Positions 27,482 to 38,285 are shown, counted from the first letter of the stretch. The stretch is 64,000 nucleotides of DNA from Chryseobacterium sp. (GCA_039595375.1 JBCNLQ010000011.1:10684-74683), one strand, 5' to 3'. The notes: generated by a model not told the origin, from the letters alone. Made by a program: numbers and translations.

Positions 27482-29050
27482 TTATAGTGCACTAATAACA
27501 ACTCCACTAATATTAGGAAGTACTACACCACTTAATCCTTGTGCAGTTGCCTGAACATCAAAGATTGCTATGTTATCTCCAGATCTAAGACCTTTTGTTA
27601 AAGGCTCCACTGGTGCTAGAGAGTTTCCATTCACAGACATTACTGCTTTCCCTGGAACTTTCACTTTGAAACTTACAACATTGAACGAAACTGGGAAATC
27701 AAAATCTTTAAGCGTAGCTGTTAAAGTTTGTTTTGAAATCATATTAGCCGGCATCACGTCATAACCTTTACCTCTGATCTCTCCTCTTGGAGGTGGAATA
27801 TTTTTAACTCTAAACTTAAATGCCTGAGAAATAGTTTTTCCACTAGGTGCTTTTCCAGCAATTGTAAGTGTTACTTCATTTCCACCACTAGGTGTTACAC
27901 TCCATTTTCCTTTACCACCACTAACAGAACCTCCTGATGCTGACAAAGTTGTTGCGTTCAGATCTGCTCCTAAGATAGACCCAGAAATTGGATTAGCCAA
28001 TCCTCTGTAAAGAACGTTCATTTTATCTGCAGCTAAGATTGCGCCACTTTGCTCTTTAAGAGCTTCTTGTCCTGAAACAACACTCAAAGTGTGAGAATAT
28101 GGTAGTGAATGTGGCTTACCATTTTTATCATTAAATGTAATAGTACCTTGAAATTTCTGCTCTCCTGGAGTACCAGTCGCAGGCGTAATGATACCTTGAC
28201 CGTTAACAATCTTTGCTCCGCTAATAGCCAAACCAGGTACAGAACTTGCAAAAGTACCAATCGCAACTTTAATTTGCGCAGGCTCACCTTTCATAACTGA
28301 ACTAGGTCCTGAAACTAAAGCTTCATAAGCATCGAATTTAATATCAGCATCCACTTTTTCTTGCAACATAGAAGTCAGAGCATCAGACTGTAAGTTTCTC
28401 GCTTCCGATTGAATAATTTCTAAGTTTGAAAGAGCAGCTACCAAAGGCTGATTGTAAAACTTATATTGAATCCAACCTTGTGTACTCCTTTTGTCATCCT
28501 TAGGGAAATCAACAATTAATGTTTTCTGAGCTCTTTCAGCGACAGCTTTTAGCTGTTGACTTGATCCAAAAGTTGACACAATATAATTTCTTAAATCGTC
28601 AACTTTAGTTTTTAAATCTTGAGAATTTTTGGATGGTGTTTTTTCGTCACCATCTTTGAAAAAAGTTTGAGTAGCTGGTTCTGTATTATTGAGAGCAGTT
28701 AAACTCTCTTCGATTGGTAATTTAGAATCATATTCAGCTTCAAGACTCATTTTATTCTTAAGCCCTTCAATAAAACCCACTAAATCATTGGTCTTTGCTT
28801 CTAAACTGTTGTATTGTCCTAACAATGGAGCATAAGATTCTGGAGAAGAAACTGCTTTAGCCTCAAGCGTCTTCTTAAAGATTTTATCGTTTCTTTCTTC
28901 AACTGTTAATCTGGTATCAGTCAGTGACTGATTTGTATCTTTATAAGATCTGATGATTTGCTGATCAATTGTCATCGCAAGCATAGCAATGAAAACCAAG
29001 TACATCAGGTTAATCATCTTCTGACGTGGTGTCTGTTTACCTCCTGCCAT
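27482..29050 (-). CDS. gldM: T9SS motor component GldM
   Basis: MAGGKQTPRQKMINLMYLVFIAMLA. Confidence 0.96.
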   Translation of the reverse strand: MAGGKQTPRQKMINLMYLVFIAMLAMTIDQQIIRSYKDTNQSLTDTRLTVEERNDKIFKKTLEAKAVSSPESYAPLLGQYNSLEAKTNDLVGFIEGLKNKMSLEAEYDSKLPIEESLTALNNTEPATQTFFKDGDEKTPSKNSQDLKTKVDDLRNYIVSTFGSSQQLKAVAERAQKTLIVDFPKDDKRSTQGWIQYKFYNQPLVAALSNLEIIQSEARNLQSDALTSMLQEKVDADIKFDAYEALVSGPSSVMKGEPAQIKVAIGTFASSVPGLAISGAKIVNGQGIITPATGTPGEQKFQGTITFNDKNGKPHSLPYSHTLSVVSGQEALKEQSGAILAADKMNVLYRGLANPISGSILGADLNATTLSASGGSVSGGKGKWSVTPSGGNEVTLTIAGKAPSGKTISQAFKFRVKNIPPPRGEIRGKGYDVMPANMISKQTLTATLKDFDFPVSFNVVSFKVKVPGKAVMSVNGNSLAPVEPLTKGLRSGDNIAIFDVQATAQGLSGVVLPNISGVVISAL

Positions 29051-29100
29051 TTTAATAGAGTAATTTAGATGTTGTTAAATAATAATTAAAATGATAGTGA

Positions 29101-29778
29101 TTAAGACTTCATTGCACTAAGCATACCACCATAAACTCTGTTAAGGCTGTTAAGATTAGTAGTTAAACCTTGTAATTCGTCGTTGAATTTTTCTGATTGT
29201 GCTGCAGATTTCTGAATATCTTCTACATATTTTTTACTGAATTCAGACTGTTTTTGTCCTTGCTCAAGTTGTAAAGCATATAAAGCGTTCATGCTCTCTA
29301 GGTGAGAAGCCGCAAGATTCAATTGCTCGTTATATTTATGTGTAGAGGCAGAAACATCTACAGTTTGGTTGATTTGATCTACAGAAGAAGAAAATTTATC
29401 AATTCCACCTCTTAATCTTTCAAACAAGTTAACGTCCAATTTAGCATCAGCTAACATTTTGTCAAGCTTATCAGATAATGAAACTTCTAATTCTTTATTT
29501 TCCACTTTAGCAACAACCTTTTTTGGTTGTCTTTCAGCAGACTCGTCCAATAATTCCGGATAAACATTTTCCCAGGCATAGTGCTCCTCCTTTGCTGGTG
29601 GATCGAATGCAAAGAATAAGAAAATTACAGCTTCAGTAATCAAACCTGCGGCAAGCGCTACGTTACCTGTAATAGGACCTAAATGCCAGTGCGTCATTTT
29701 GAATAAAGCACCCAAGATTACGATAGCTGCACCAAACGAATAAACAAAGTTAGTTATTGATTCTTTAGTTTTAAACAT
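29101..29778 (-). CDS. gldL: T9SS motor component GldL
   Basis: YSFGAAIVILGALFKMTHW...TEA...FDP...VYGGMLSAM. Confidence 0.96.
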   Translation of the reverse strand: MFKTKESITNFVYSFGAAIVILGALFKMTHWHLGPITGNVALAAGLITEAVIFLFFAFDPPAKEEHYAWENVYPELLDESAERQPKKVVAKVENKELEVSLSDKLDKMLADAKLDVNLFERLRGGIDKFSSSVDQINQTVDVSASTHKYNEQLNLAASHLESMNALYALQLEQGQKQSEFSKKYVEDIQKSAAQSEKFNDELQGLTTNLNSLNRVYGGMLSAMKS

Positions 29779-29825
29779 TTTTTCAATTTTTAGTTAGTTA
29801 GTAAATAGTTAGTTTATTGTGAAAT

Positions 29826-31253
29826 TTATCTTGTTTTTCTGGAGAATCTACCTGCACCAGATGGAATGTCTTGAATAGTTCTGAATCCGATATAACTTCT
29901 TGCAGAATCTTTTCTCTCCCAATCTCTGTATCCAGTCATCAACAGGTAACCTGCGTCTTTCCAAGAACCACCTCTTACTGTTTTTTTAGCTTCTCTGTAA
30001 CCTTCATTAGAAAGATTTGGATTTAAGGTAGATGAAAATTCATAAGATGAGTTGTTGTATGGCGACTCTGTCCATTCTGCAGCATTTCCAGCCATATCGT
30101 AAAGACCGTAACCATTTTTTGGGAATTTCTTTACAGGACCTGTATAAGTATAAGTACCCTTTTTCTCATCCTCTATATAATTACCTCTTTTAGGTTTAAA
30201 GTTTGCAAGGTAGCAACCCCTGTCATCTTGTAAATAAGGGCCACCCCAAGGATAAGTTGCGTTTTGAATACCGCCTTTTGCAGCATACTCCCATTCAGAC
30301 TCTGTTGGTAGACGGAATCTCATTGATTTTTGCTTTTTCTTTTTAAGACTATTATTATAATCTGTTTTTATTTTAGTTTTGAAATCACAATAAGCTCTCG
30401 CCTGATCCCAAGTCACACCTACCACAGGATATTCTTTGTAAGCATTGTGCCAGAAATATTGATCAAACAATGGCTCATTGTAAGCATAGTTAAAATCCCT
30501 AACCCAAACCGTTGTATCTGGATAAACTCTGATGCTTTCTTTTTTCAGATATTTTGAACCTCTTTCTTTATCTTTTACTGCGCTGGCAATGTCTTCCCAT
30601 TGGTAGCTGTATTTAACTTTGTCCCAGTCAATAATTCTTTCATTATTAATTCTTTTCTCAGCTGGTAAATACATAGATTCTAAAACCTCTGCATATTTTT
30701 CATCAGGATAAGCTGATGTATTATAGGTCAATGGCACTTTTTTATCCAATTTCTTAGATTCATCGTAACCATCTCTCCCACCCTGAGATTCTAAAAACTT
30801 TTGATAAGGACTTGCCTCATCACCAGTTTTCTTGGAAGCATAAGCATAATCTGCGATAGAACCTCCGTTTCCGCCTTCTTCACCGCCGCCGCCTTCACCA
30901 GCAGCCTCTGCTAGCAAACCTCTGGCAATTGAATCTCTCACAGCATTGATAAAAACACGATATTCTGCATTTGTAACCTCTGTCTCATCCATAAAAAATG
31001 AGTTAACAGTTACTGTTTTTGGCATTGCTTTTTCTGGTGTGCTGGCAAAATCCTGATCTGCCATACCCATTACGAAAGATCCACCAGGGATTGCAACCAT
31101 TCCATAAGGCCTTTCGGCTACAAATGATTTTGACGATCCTCTCGGAACAAGCTCACCTTTGATTCCGGGGTTTCCAGTTATACCTTTCCCACCCCCTTTG
31201 GAGCAAGATATAATAACAGAAGTTGACAATAATATAAATAATATCCTTTTCAT
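29826..31253 (-). CDS. gldK: T9SS lipoprotein GldK
   Basis: Lipobox ISC; PYGMVAIPGGSFVMG, YPVVGVTWDQA, RLPTESEWEYAA, YIGFR. Confidence 0.96.
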   Translation of the reverse strand: MKRILFILLSTSVIISCSKGGGKGITGNPGIKGELVPRGSSKSFVAERPYGMVAIPGGSFVMGMADQDFASTPEKAMPKTVTVNSFFMDETEVTNAEYRVFINAVRDSIARGLLAEAAGEGGGGEEGGNGGSIADYAYASKKTGDEASPYQKFLESQGGRDGYDESKKLDKKVPLTYNTSAYPDEKYAEVLESMYLPAEKRINNERIIDWDKVKYSYQWEDIASAVKDKERGSKYLKKESIRVYPDTTVWVRDFNYAYNEPLFDQYFWHNAYKEYPVVGVTWDQARAYCDFKTKIKTDYNNSLKKKKQKSMRFRLPTESEWEYAAKGGIQNATYPWGGPYLQDDRGCYLANFKPKRGNYIEDEKKGTYTYTGPVKKFPKNGYGLYDMAGNAAEWTESPYNNSSYEFSSTLNPNLSNEGYREAKKTVRGGSWKDAGYLLMTGYRDWERKDSARSYIGFRTIQDIPSGAGRFSRKTR

Positions 31254-31359
31254 CCTATTTTGAAGAAATTAAGCGGTAAATATATAATTTTTTTTATGAA
31301 TAATTATCAATTTTAATTGAAAACGTAATTTGTTAAAGAATATTTCACAAACCACAAAA

Positions 31360-33213
31360 TTATTCTACAGTAACTGACTTTGCAAGATTTCTCGGTTGAT
31401 CAACATTTGCTCCCCTAGCTACAGCAATATAGTATGATAATAGCTGGAGAGGAATTGACGCTAGTATTGGGGAGAAACATTCTGATGTCTCTGGAATCTC
31501 AATAATAAAATCTGCCATTGAGGAAACTTGGGTATCACCTTTATTTACAATCGCAATGACTTTACCTTTTCTAGCTTTGATCTCCTGTACATTACTAACA
31601 ATCTTATCATAATGTCCAACTTTAGGCGCTATGATAACGATTGGCATATTTTCATCAATCAAGGCAATTGGGCCATGTTTCATCTCTGCAGCTGGATAAC
31701 CTTCTGCGTGTATGTAAGAAATTTCCTTTAATTTAAGAGCACCTTCTAATGCAGCAGGGAAATTGTAACCTCTCCCTAGGTACAAGAAATTAGTCGCATC
31801 AACAAATTTAGACGCAATATGTTTAACATTTTCATCCACAGAATTAAGGACATCCTCCACTTTTTTAGGAATTGCATCCAATTCTGTAATCAATCTCATA
31901 AAATCTGCCTTTCCTAGATTTCCATTGTGATTTCCTAACTTAATTGCTATTAATGACAATATAGTTAATTGTGCAGTGAATGCTTTTGTTGAGGCCACGC
32001 CAATCTCTGGTCCTGCGTGAGTGTAAGCTCCAGCATCTGTATAGCGGGCAATAGAAGAATCTACCACATTACAAATTCCGAAAACGAAAGCACCTTTTTC
32101 TTTAGCTAGCTTGATAGCTGCCATTGTATCAGCAGTTTCACCAGATTGCGAAATAGCAATTACAACATCTTTTGAACTGATGATGGGATTTCTATATCTA
32201 AACTCAGAAGCATATTCTACTTCTACAGGTACTCTCGCGAATTCTTCAATCAGGTATTCACCAATCAATCCTGCGTGCCAAGAGGTTCCACAGGCAATAA
32301 TTATAATTCTTTCGGCATTAGTCAAACGATCTAAGTGATCCCAGATACCAGCCATTTTGATAATGCCTTCATCAACCAACAAACGACCTCTCATCGTATC
32401 CAAAATAGATTTTGGCTGTTCGAAAATTTCTTTCAACATGAAATGTTCATAACCGCCTTTTTCAATCTGTTCCAAATTAAGTCTTAACTCCTGAATTGCA
32501 GGCTCTATCTTTGCGTTTTCAGTGATTGTTCTGATATCGATTCCAGATTCTAAAGAGATCGTTGCCATATGACCTTCTTCCAGATACACAGCCTCTTTCG
32601 TGAATTCTACAAAAGGAGAAGCATCAGAAGCAACAAAATATTCGTTATCTCCAATCCCTACTGCTAATGGAGAACCCAATCTTGCTACAACAAGCACTCC
32701 TGGAAAGTCATCGTGCATAACAGAAACTGCATAAGCACCATAAACTTCGTTTAAAGCATATCTTACTGCTTCCGGGAATTCTAGAGTAGGTTCCTTATCC
32801 ATAAAATATTGAATAAGATTGACTAGAACCTCCGTATCAGTTTCAGATTTGAAATCGAAATCTTTATTGATAAGCATAGTTTTAATTGTATCATAATTTT
32901 CGATGATACCGTTATGAACTATTGCTATTTTACCATTATTAGAAAGGTGTGGGTGTGAGTTATTATCACTAGGAACACCGTGCGTGGCCCATCTTGTGTG
33001 CCCCATTCCTAGTTTCGATGTTTCTTTAAACCCTTGGGAAATAGCAACTAGATCATCAACTTTTCCCTTTGTTTTTTTTACTTCAAAATCTCCATTTTGA
33101 GATTCCAAAATGATTCCCGCACTGTCATAACCACGATACTCCAAGCGTCGTAATCCATTAATTACAATATCATAGGCATCTCTAAAACCTGTATAACCAA
33201 CAATTCCACACAT
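31360..33213 (-). CDS. glmS: Glutamine-fructose-6-phosphate aminotransferase
   Basis: MCGIVG, GHTRWATHG, SQSGETADT, PRNLAKSVTVE. Confidence 0.98.
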   Translation of the reverse strand: MCGIVGYTGFRDAYDIVINGLRRLEYRGYDSAGIILESQNGDFEVKKTKGKVDDLVAISQGFKETSKLGMGHTRWATHGVPSDNNSHPHLSNNGKIAIVHNGIIENYDTIKTMLINKDFDFKSETDTEVLVNLIQYFMDKEPTLEFPEAVRYALNEVYGAYAVSVMHDDFPGVLVVARLGSPLAVGIGDNEYFVASDASPFVEFTKEAVYLEEGHMATISLESGIDIRTITENAKIEPAIQELRLNLEQIEKGGYEHFMLKEIFEQPKSILDTMRGRLLVDEGIIKMAGIWDHLDRLTNAERIIIIACGTSWHAGLIGEYLIEEFARVPVEVEYASEFRYRNPIISSKDVVIAISQSGETADTMAAIKLAKEKGAFVFGICNVVDSSIARYTDAGAYTHAGPEIGVASTKAFTAQLTILSLIAIKLGNHNGNLGKADFMRLITELDAIPKKVEDVLNSVDENVKHIASKFVDATNFLYLGRGYNFPAALEGALKLKEISYIHAEGYPAAEMKHGPIALIDENMPIVIIAPKVGHYDKIVSNVQEIKARKGKVIAIVNKGDTQVSSMADFIIEIPETSECFSPILASIPLQLLSYYIAVARGANVDQPRNLAKSVTVE

Positions 33214-33223
33214 AGTTTATGTT

Positions 33224-34828
33224 TTATTTTTTAGTATATATTATTCTAAGCTGAGCAGCCTTAGAACTATTTAATATTTCTTGTCCTGCAGAGTTTGCAT
33301 CTGTAGTTCCTTTTAGAACGATACGATAAGGATTATAAGCTCTGTCATTATAGGTCTGACCTAGTAGAAGACCTGTTGCGGAATTAAGCAAATAACTTCC
33401 AATATTGATAATGAAATCTTTACCTTTACTTGCATCATACGTATCATCTTTAATGATTCTATTCAATGATTCTGTAATTCCTATGTCGTACGAAGCATCA
33501 GTGGTAGAAAGATTAGATGTTTTGACTAATGAATATCCCGCACTGGACAGAACTGTCATATCTGGTAGAAATCCTGTTTCATTATTTTGGCGAACGGTCA
33601 AACTACTTGGCTTCAATAAGTTGCTTTTCCACGTAGTATCGTCATTAAACAAACGAATTTTTGCAGAAACAATTCCTACTTTATTTTCTTTGTATAATTT
33701 TTTAAGCGCTAAAATCGTTGTGGCTGGAATTCTTAATCCAACACTACTGCCGCCCATTCCCTGTAAATAAAGTTTCGGTGCTGCATTAACAGGAAACTGT
33801 GGTGTTTCGGATTTATCCAATTCTTTAACGTTAGTTGCACCACTTGTTCCAGAAATATAATCAGAAGATCTATTATAAACAATATTACTGAAGTGTGCAT
33901 TGGAAGAGCCTAAACTCAATGCTACTTCTGCTTTAGTTTTTGTGACAGTTCCATCGGTTGCAGTCACATCATTTTTGTAATAAATTGTGATTGCTGCGTC
34001 ATTCGGAGCCATTGAGAATAGGTAACCGTTTGGCTCATCAACAGAAATACTGATTCCTTTGAAATATCTTATGAAAGAAGCTGCGTCTTTCAAAACCTGA
34101 TTACCCTGTTTAGCGATGATTTTATCTTGAAAGAATGGTTTATCCAAAGGTATTCTAAGAGAAACATCGCGTTTAAGTAGCTCAGAAGCATCAGAATCCT
34201 TAGTTACAACAACGGAATTAACTGTTCCCTTAAACATCTTTGTGCCTATCACAGCGCCAGTAGCAAACACTTTATTAGAAGATAATGAATCCGAAGGTCC
34301 TCCCATAAAATCAGTCACTTCTTTTACCATAATATTCACCTTAAGCGTATCCTTTCCATTTTTACTTCTTCCATATTTACTAACAGGATACGTTGTTACC
34401 ACTTTTTTAGCAGCTACAGCGCCATCTGGATAGATATAATCTTCATTAGTGCTTGTTTTAACAGAATCTGTAGCAGTAGCATATCTTGGCTTTAAAGACA
34501 ATACAACTGAATCTATAACAGGATTCTTTCCAAAGTCAGGATTATAGGTATTAAGTCTTACCTGAGTCAGATAAGAAATCTTTTGATCTCCAAAAACAGA
34601 TTCACTAATATTTCCAATTCGTACACTATCTAGTTTAGAAGCATCCGATTGGATAACATCGTTATTCGTAATATTATAAGCAATAATACTATATGCTTTA
34701 TCAAAACCATCCGCACCATCAACCAACTGAGAACCTAAGTCATCCAATTCTCCTTCACATGAATTAAATACAAATACTCCCATCAATAATAATGGAAGTA
34801 ATTTTATTAACGTTTTTATTTTTATCAT
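33224..34828 (-). CDS. DUF4270 family lipoprotein
   Basis: Lipobox NSC; IDSVVLSL, LYLQGMGG; position between the glycogen-synthase-like gene and glmS. Confidence 0.75.
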   Translation of the reverse strand: MIKIKTLIKLLPLLLMGVFVFNSCEGELDDLGSQLVDGADGFDKAYSIIAYNITNNDVIQSDASKLDSVRIGNISESVFGDQKISYLTQVRLNTYNPDFGKNPVIDSVVLSLKPRYATATDSVKTSTNEDYIYPDGAVAAKKVVTTYPVSKYGRSKNGKDTLKVNIMVKEVTDFMGGPSDSLSSNKVFATGAVIGTKMFKGTVNSVVVTKDSDASELLKRDVSLRIPLDKPFFQDKIIAKQGNQVLKDAASFIRYFKGISISVDEPNGYLFSMAPNDAAITIYYKNDVTATDGTVTKTKAEVALSLGSSNAHFSNIVYNRSSDYISGTSGATNVKELDKSETPQFPVNAAPKLYLQGMGGSSVGLRIPATTILALKKLYKENKVGIVSAKIRLFNDDTTWKSNLLKPSSLTVRQNNETGFLPDMTVLSSAGYSLVKTSNLSTTDASYDIGITESLNRIIKDDTYDASKGKDFIINIGSYLLNSATGLLLGQTYNDRAYNPYRIVLKGTTDANSAGQEILNSSKAAQLRIIYTKK

Positions 34829-34848
34829 TATATTATAAACAATATTAA

Positions 34849-35619
34849 TTAATAAACCTGAGCTATAGAATCTGCATTCAGATAGTCTGATTTCTCCGCG
34901 TTAGATTTCCCATAGGCCTCTTCTAGTTTTTCATCCAAGAACTCATTTCCTTTTACAATCACATCTACATAATCCATACTGGTATTAACAAAATTCAGAA
35001 AGCTAGGTTTATCTAACGACTGTAATTCAGAAATATTATCAAACTCCAAAATTTCTTTGGTATTTTCATTCAAAGGAAGATCCTCCTCATTATAAACGGA
35101 AAGAACAATCTTGGTATCTTTAAAATATGTATCGTCTTTGTAATAAGTTTTTAAATAAATTGGAATCAAAGCAGACATCCAGCCATTCAAATGAATCACA
35201 TCGGGAACCCAATTCAACTTTTTGATGGTTTCTATAACGCCTCTTGCAAAGAAAACGGCTCTTTCATTGTTATCTTCGAAAGGAGCTCCTTCATCATCAA
35301 AGTAATATTGTTTTCTTTTGAAATACTCCTCATTATCTATAAAATAAACCTGCAAACGCTCACCCGGTAAAGAAGCCACTTTAATAATCAATGGCTGATC
35401 CAAATCATTGATAATAATGTTCATCCCAGATAGTCTGATTACTTCGTGCAACTGGAATTTCCTCTCACTTATTTGTCCGAATCTAGGCATAAAAACCCTT
35501 ACATCGTTACCTCCGCCGTGCATTTTCAGCGCCATTTTGTGTACTAAGCTTCCGATATTGGTCTCCTCTTGATAGGGAAACATTTCCGTAGTAACGTATA
35601 AAATCTTTTGATTAGGCAT
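34849..35619 (-). CDS. Glycogen/starch synthase N-terminal-domain-only protein
   Basis: VRVFMPRFG, FARGVIETIK, WVPDVIHLNGW; 256 aa with no C-terminal GT1 domain. Confidence 0.8.
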   Translation of the reverse strand: MPNQKILYVTTEMFPYQEETNIGSLVHKMALKMHGGGNDVRVFMPRFGQISERKFQLHEVIRLSGMNIIINDLDQPLIIKVASLPGERLQVYFIDNEEYFKRKQYYFDDEGAPFEDNNERAVFFARGVIETIKKLNWVPDVIHLNGWMSALIPIYLKTYYKDDTYFKDTKIVLSVYNEEDLPLNENTKEILEFDNISELQSLDKPSFLNFVNTSMDYVDVIVKGNEFLDEKLEEAYGKSNAEKSDYLNADSIAQVY

Positions 35620-35918
35620 AAAATTTTCTTTTGTTGAAGTATAAAAACTTCATTTTGCAAAATTACAAAAAATTAAATCAAAACATTTATTTTCATTAAT
35701 ATTAATACTTATTACCAAAACACATTAAATATCAATTAGTTAATGTTATAAAAATGTTAATTCCGTAGAAACACGCAAGATTAATTGGTCACTCTATATC
35801 ATCTTATTATAATTCTCGTCAATATTTCTATTTGAGGTAACATATTTGGAGGCGTTAAATTTCTTATCAATGCGTTGAAAAAACTATTATCTTTGATTTA
35901 CAAATATCCAAATCTATA

Positions 35919-36764
35919 ATGCAGGTTTTTTACGATTACGATTCTTTTTCTCAATATATTTTAAAGCAGAAACACAATAACAAATCCATCGGTTTTGCAC
36001 CAACAATGGGCGCTTTGCACGCAGGTCACATTTCACTTTATGAGGAGGCCAGAAAAAACAATGACGTTGTCATTTCTTCCATTTTCGTAAACCCTACACA
36101 ATTCAACAATCCGGAGGATTTGGAAAAATATCCGAGAACGGTGGAAGACGACATCAAAAAACTTGAAATTTCTAAATTGGTTGATGCGGTCTATATTCCG
36201 AAAGTAAAAGATATATATCCTAATGGAATGGAGCGAAAACATTACCACTTTGGCGGGATAGAAAATGAAATGGAAGGCGCAGCTAGACCAGGCCACTTTG
36301 ATGGCGTTGGAACTGTAGTGGAAGAATTGTTACGGCAAGTGCAGCCAGATGATGCTTATTTTGGAGAGAAAGATTTTCAGCAATTAAAAATTATCGAAAA
36401 ACTGGTTGATATTCTGGATCTAAAAATCCAGATCCACGGCGTAAAAATACATCGTGAAGGTAATGGACTTGCAATGAGCTCGCGCAATATGAGACTTTCA
36501 GACGTGGAAAAAGAAACCTCTTCTCTGATCTACAAAACTTTGAAGCAAGTGAATGAGTGGATCAAAACTATAAGCATCTCTGAAATTAAGAAAAAAGTCG
36601 AATCCATTTTCAATCAAGAAAAAATGGACTTGGAATATTTTATGATTTCTGATGAGGAAACTTTGCAGGAGGCAGAATCTTTGTCAGAAAACAAAAAGTA
36701 CAGAGCTTTTATAGTAGTCAATGTAGGAACTGTAAGACTAATAGACAATTTACATTTGGATTAA
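35919..36764 (+). CDS. panC: Pantoate-beta-alanine ligase
   Basis: PTMGALHAGH, SIFVNPTQF, RPGHFDGV, GEKDFQQ, MSSRN, RLIDN. Confidence 0.97.
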   Translation: MQVFYDYDSFSQYILKQKHNNKSIGFAPTMGALHAGHISLYEEARKNNDVVISSIFVNPTQFNNPEDLEKYPRTVEDDIKKLEISKLVDAVYIPKVKDIYPNGMERKHYHFGGIENEMEGAARPGHFDGVGTVVEELLRQVQPDDAYFGEKDFQQLKIIEKLVDILDLKIQIHGVKIHREGNGLAMSSRNMRLSDVEKETSSLIYKTLKQVNEWIKTISISEIKKKVESIFNQEKMDLEYFMISDEETLQEAESLSENKKYRAFIVVNVGTVRLIDNLHLD

Positions 36765-36863
36765 CAAATAAAATTTGGACAAAAAAAAAGAAGCTTCTTT
36801 TACAAGAAGCTTCACACCAAATCACAAAATATTAATATGAAAAAAATTTACTTTCGTAAATTG

Positions 36864-36936
36864 TGACCCGGCTGGGATTCGAACCCAGGACCCATACATT
36901 AAAAGTGTATTGCTCTACCAGCTGAGCTACCGAGTC
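36864..36936 (-). tRNA. tRNA-Lys(TTT)
   Basis: Revcomp GACTCGGTAGCTCAGCTGGTAGAGCAATACACTTTTAATGTAT...GGTTCGAATCCCAGCCGGGTCA. Confidence 0.96.
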
Positions 36937-36982
36937 TTTCCAACTATTAACTGAGCATTAATAATTAAAAATATTTTTGCAG

Positions 36983-37065
36983 TGCCTGCGACTGGACTCG
37001 AACCAGCACATCCTTAGGAAACCACCCCCTCAAGATGGCGTGTCTACCAATTTCACCACGCAGGC
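36983..37065 (-). tRNA. tRNA-Leu(GAG)
   Basis: Revcomp GCCTGCGTGGTGAAATTGGTAGACACGCCATCTTGAGGGGGTGG...GGTTCGAGTCCAGTCGCAGGCA. Confidence 0.95.
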
Positions 37066-37102
37066 AAAAAAAAACCGTATCACTACGGATTTTGTTGCTT
37101 TG

Positions 37103-37175
37103 TGACCCGGCTGGGATTCGAACCCAGGACCCATACATTAAAAGTGTATTGCTCTACCAGCTGAGCTACCGAGTC
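37103..37175 (-). tRNA. tRNA-Lys(TTT), identical second copy
   Basis: Same 73 nt as 36864-36936. Confidence 0.96.
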
Positions 37176-37281
37176 GGCCACATTTAAAATTCTATATTAC
37201 TATTTCGTTTTAAAGTGGTGCAAAGATAGGCCTTTTTTTAAAATCTCAAAATTTTTTTCGAACTTTGTTTAAAATAAAATT

Positions 37282-37797
37282 ATGATAATTTCTCTGTTAG
37301 GATACATGGGTAGTGGTAAATCTCACATTTCCAAAAACTTGAGCCAGAAAATAAATTTTAAATTAATTGACCTCGATCAAAAGATTTCTCAGCATCACCA
37401 GCAAACTATTCCAGAAATTTTCCAAAACAGGGGAGAAATCTTCTTTCGGAAAGAGGAAAAAAGAATTTTAGAAGAAATTTTAGATTCTGATGAAGACATT
37501 ATTTTAAGCCTTGGTGGTGGCACACCAGTTTACTACAATAATATGCAAACAATCAATACCAAGTCCAAAAGTATTTTTCTAAGAGCTTCTGTAAACACAT
37601 TGACAGAGCGTGTGCTTTTACAAAAACATACCAGACCGCTGATTTCTAAATTAGAAGACTCAGACGTTCCTGAGTTTATTGCGAAGCATCTTTTCGAAAG
37701 AAATCCTTACTATTCGCAGGCTCATTTTACTGTTGATACGGATTCTAAAAATCAAAATATGATCTCAGAAGAAATTAGAAAACTTTTGAAAATCTAA
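37282..37797 (+). CDS. aroK: Shikimate kinase
   Basis: GYMGSGKS, DLD, GEIFFR, LGGGTP, RPL. Confidence 0.95.
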   Translation: MIISLLGYMGSGKSHISKNLSQKINFKLIDLDQKISQHHQQTIPEIFQNRGEIFFRKEEKRILEEILDSDEDIILSLGGGTPVYYNNMQTINTKSKSIFLRASVNTLTERVLLQKHTRPLISKLEDSDVPEFIAKHLFERNPYYSQAHFTVDTDSKNQNMISEEIRKLLKI

Positions 37798-38228
37798 TCC
37801 TCCTCTTCTGCGTCACTTCTGAAAAATACGTCCCAATCATCATTTTCCATATCGTTTGTAGAATCATTGGAAGAATAATCGTCCATATCACGTCGATCTT
37901 TTTTCGTAGGTCTTCCGATGCCTTTCTGTCTGTAATAGTCTTGCGACGATTTTCTCAACGCTAAAATTTCGTATTGGTCTTTTTCGGTCATATCGACAAC
38001 ATAGTTAGGTGCCAGTTTCGCTCCTACTCTGCTTTTCGGGATGTCTATTACTTTTATTTTGTACTCAATCTGATTTTTTCTCATCTTGATGACATCTCCA
38101 TTTTTGACTTCTTTAGATGATTTTGCCACGTTTTCTCCTATACTAACCCTGTTCTTCTTAATTTCCTCTGCGGCAATGGTTCGTGTCTTATAAAATCTAA
38201 CACTCCACAAAAATTTATCTATTCTCAT
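37794..38228 (-). CDS. hslR: S4-domain ribosome-associated heat shock protein Hsp15
   Basis: MRIDKFLWSVRFYKTR...GRPTKKDRR. Confidence 0.88.
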   Translation of the reverse strand: MRIDKFLWSVRFYKTRTIAAEEIKKNRVSIGENVAKSSKEVKNGDVIKMRKNQIEYKIKVIDIPKSRVGAKLAPNYVVDMTEKDQYEILALRKSSQDYYRQKGIGRPTKKDRRDMDDYSSNDSTNDMENDDWDVFFRSDAEEED

Positions 38229-38285
38229 AATTTTTTATACTTTTGTCTCGTTAAAATTAATCGCAATTTAACATTAAATAAAAAA

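Noticed and set aside
26218-31253. gldKLMN as proof of gliding motility
   Set aside because: These genes are shared T9SS core; the gliding-specific genes (sprB, gldB/D/H/J etc.) are not in the window.
33214-33223. glmS ribozyme
   Set aside because: Only 10 bp separate the DUF4270 gene from glmS, so there is no room for a leader RNA.
36864-37175. Duplicated tRNA-Lys as attL/attR of an integrated element
   Set aside because: Both copies are full-length and enclose only tRNA-Leu; this is an ordinary tRNA cluster.
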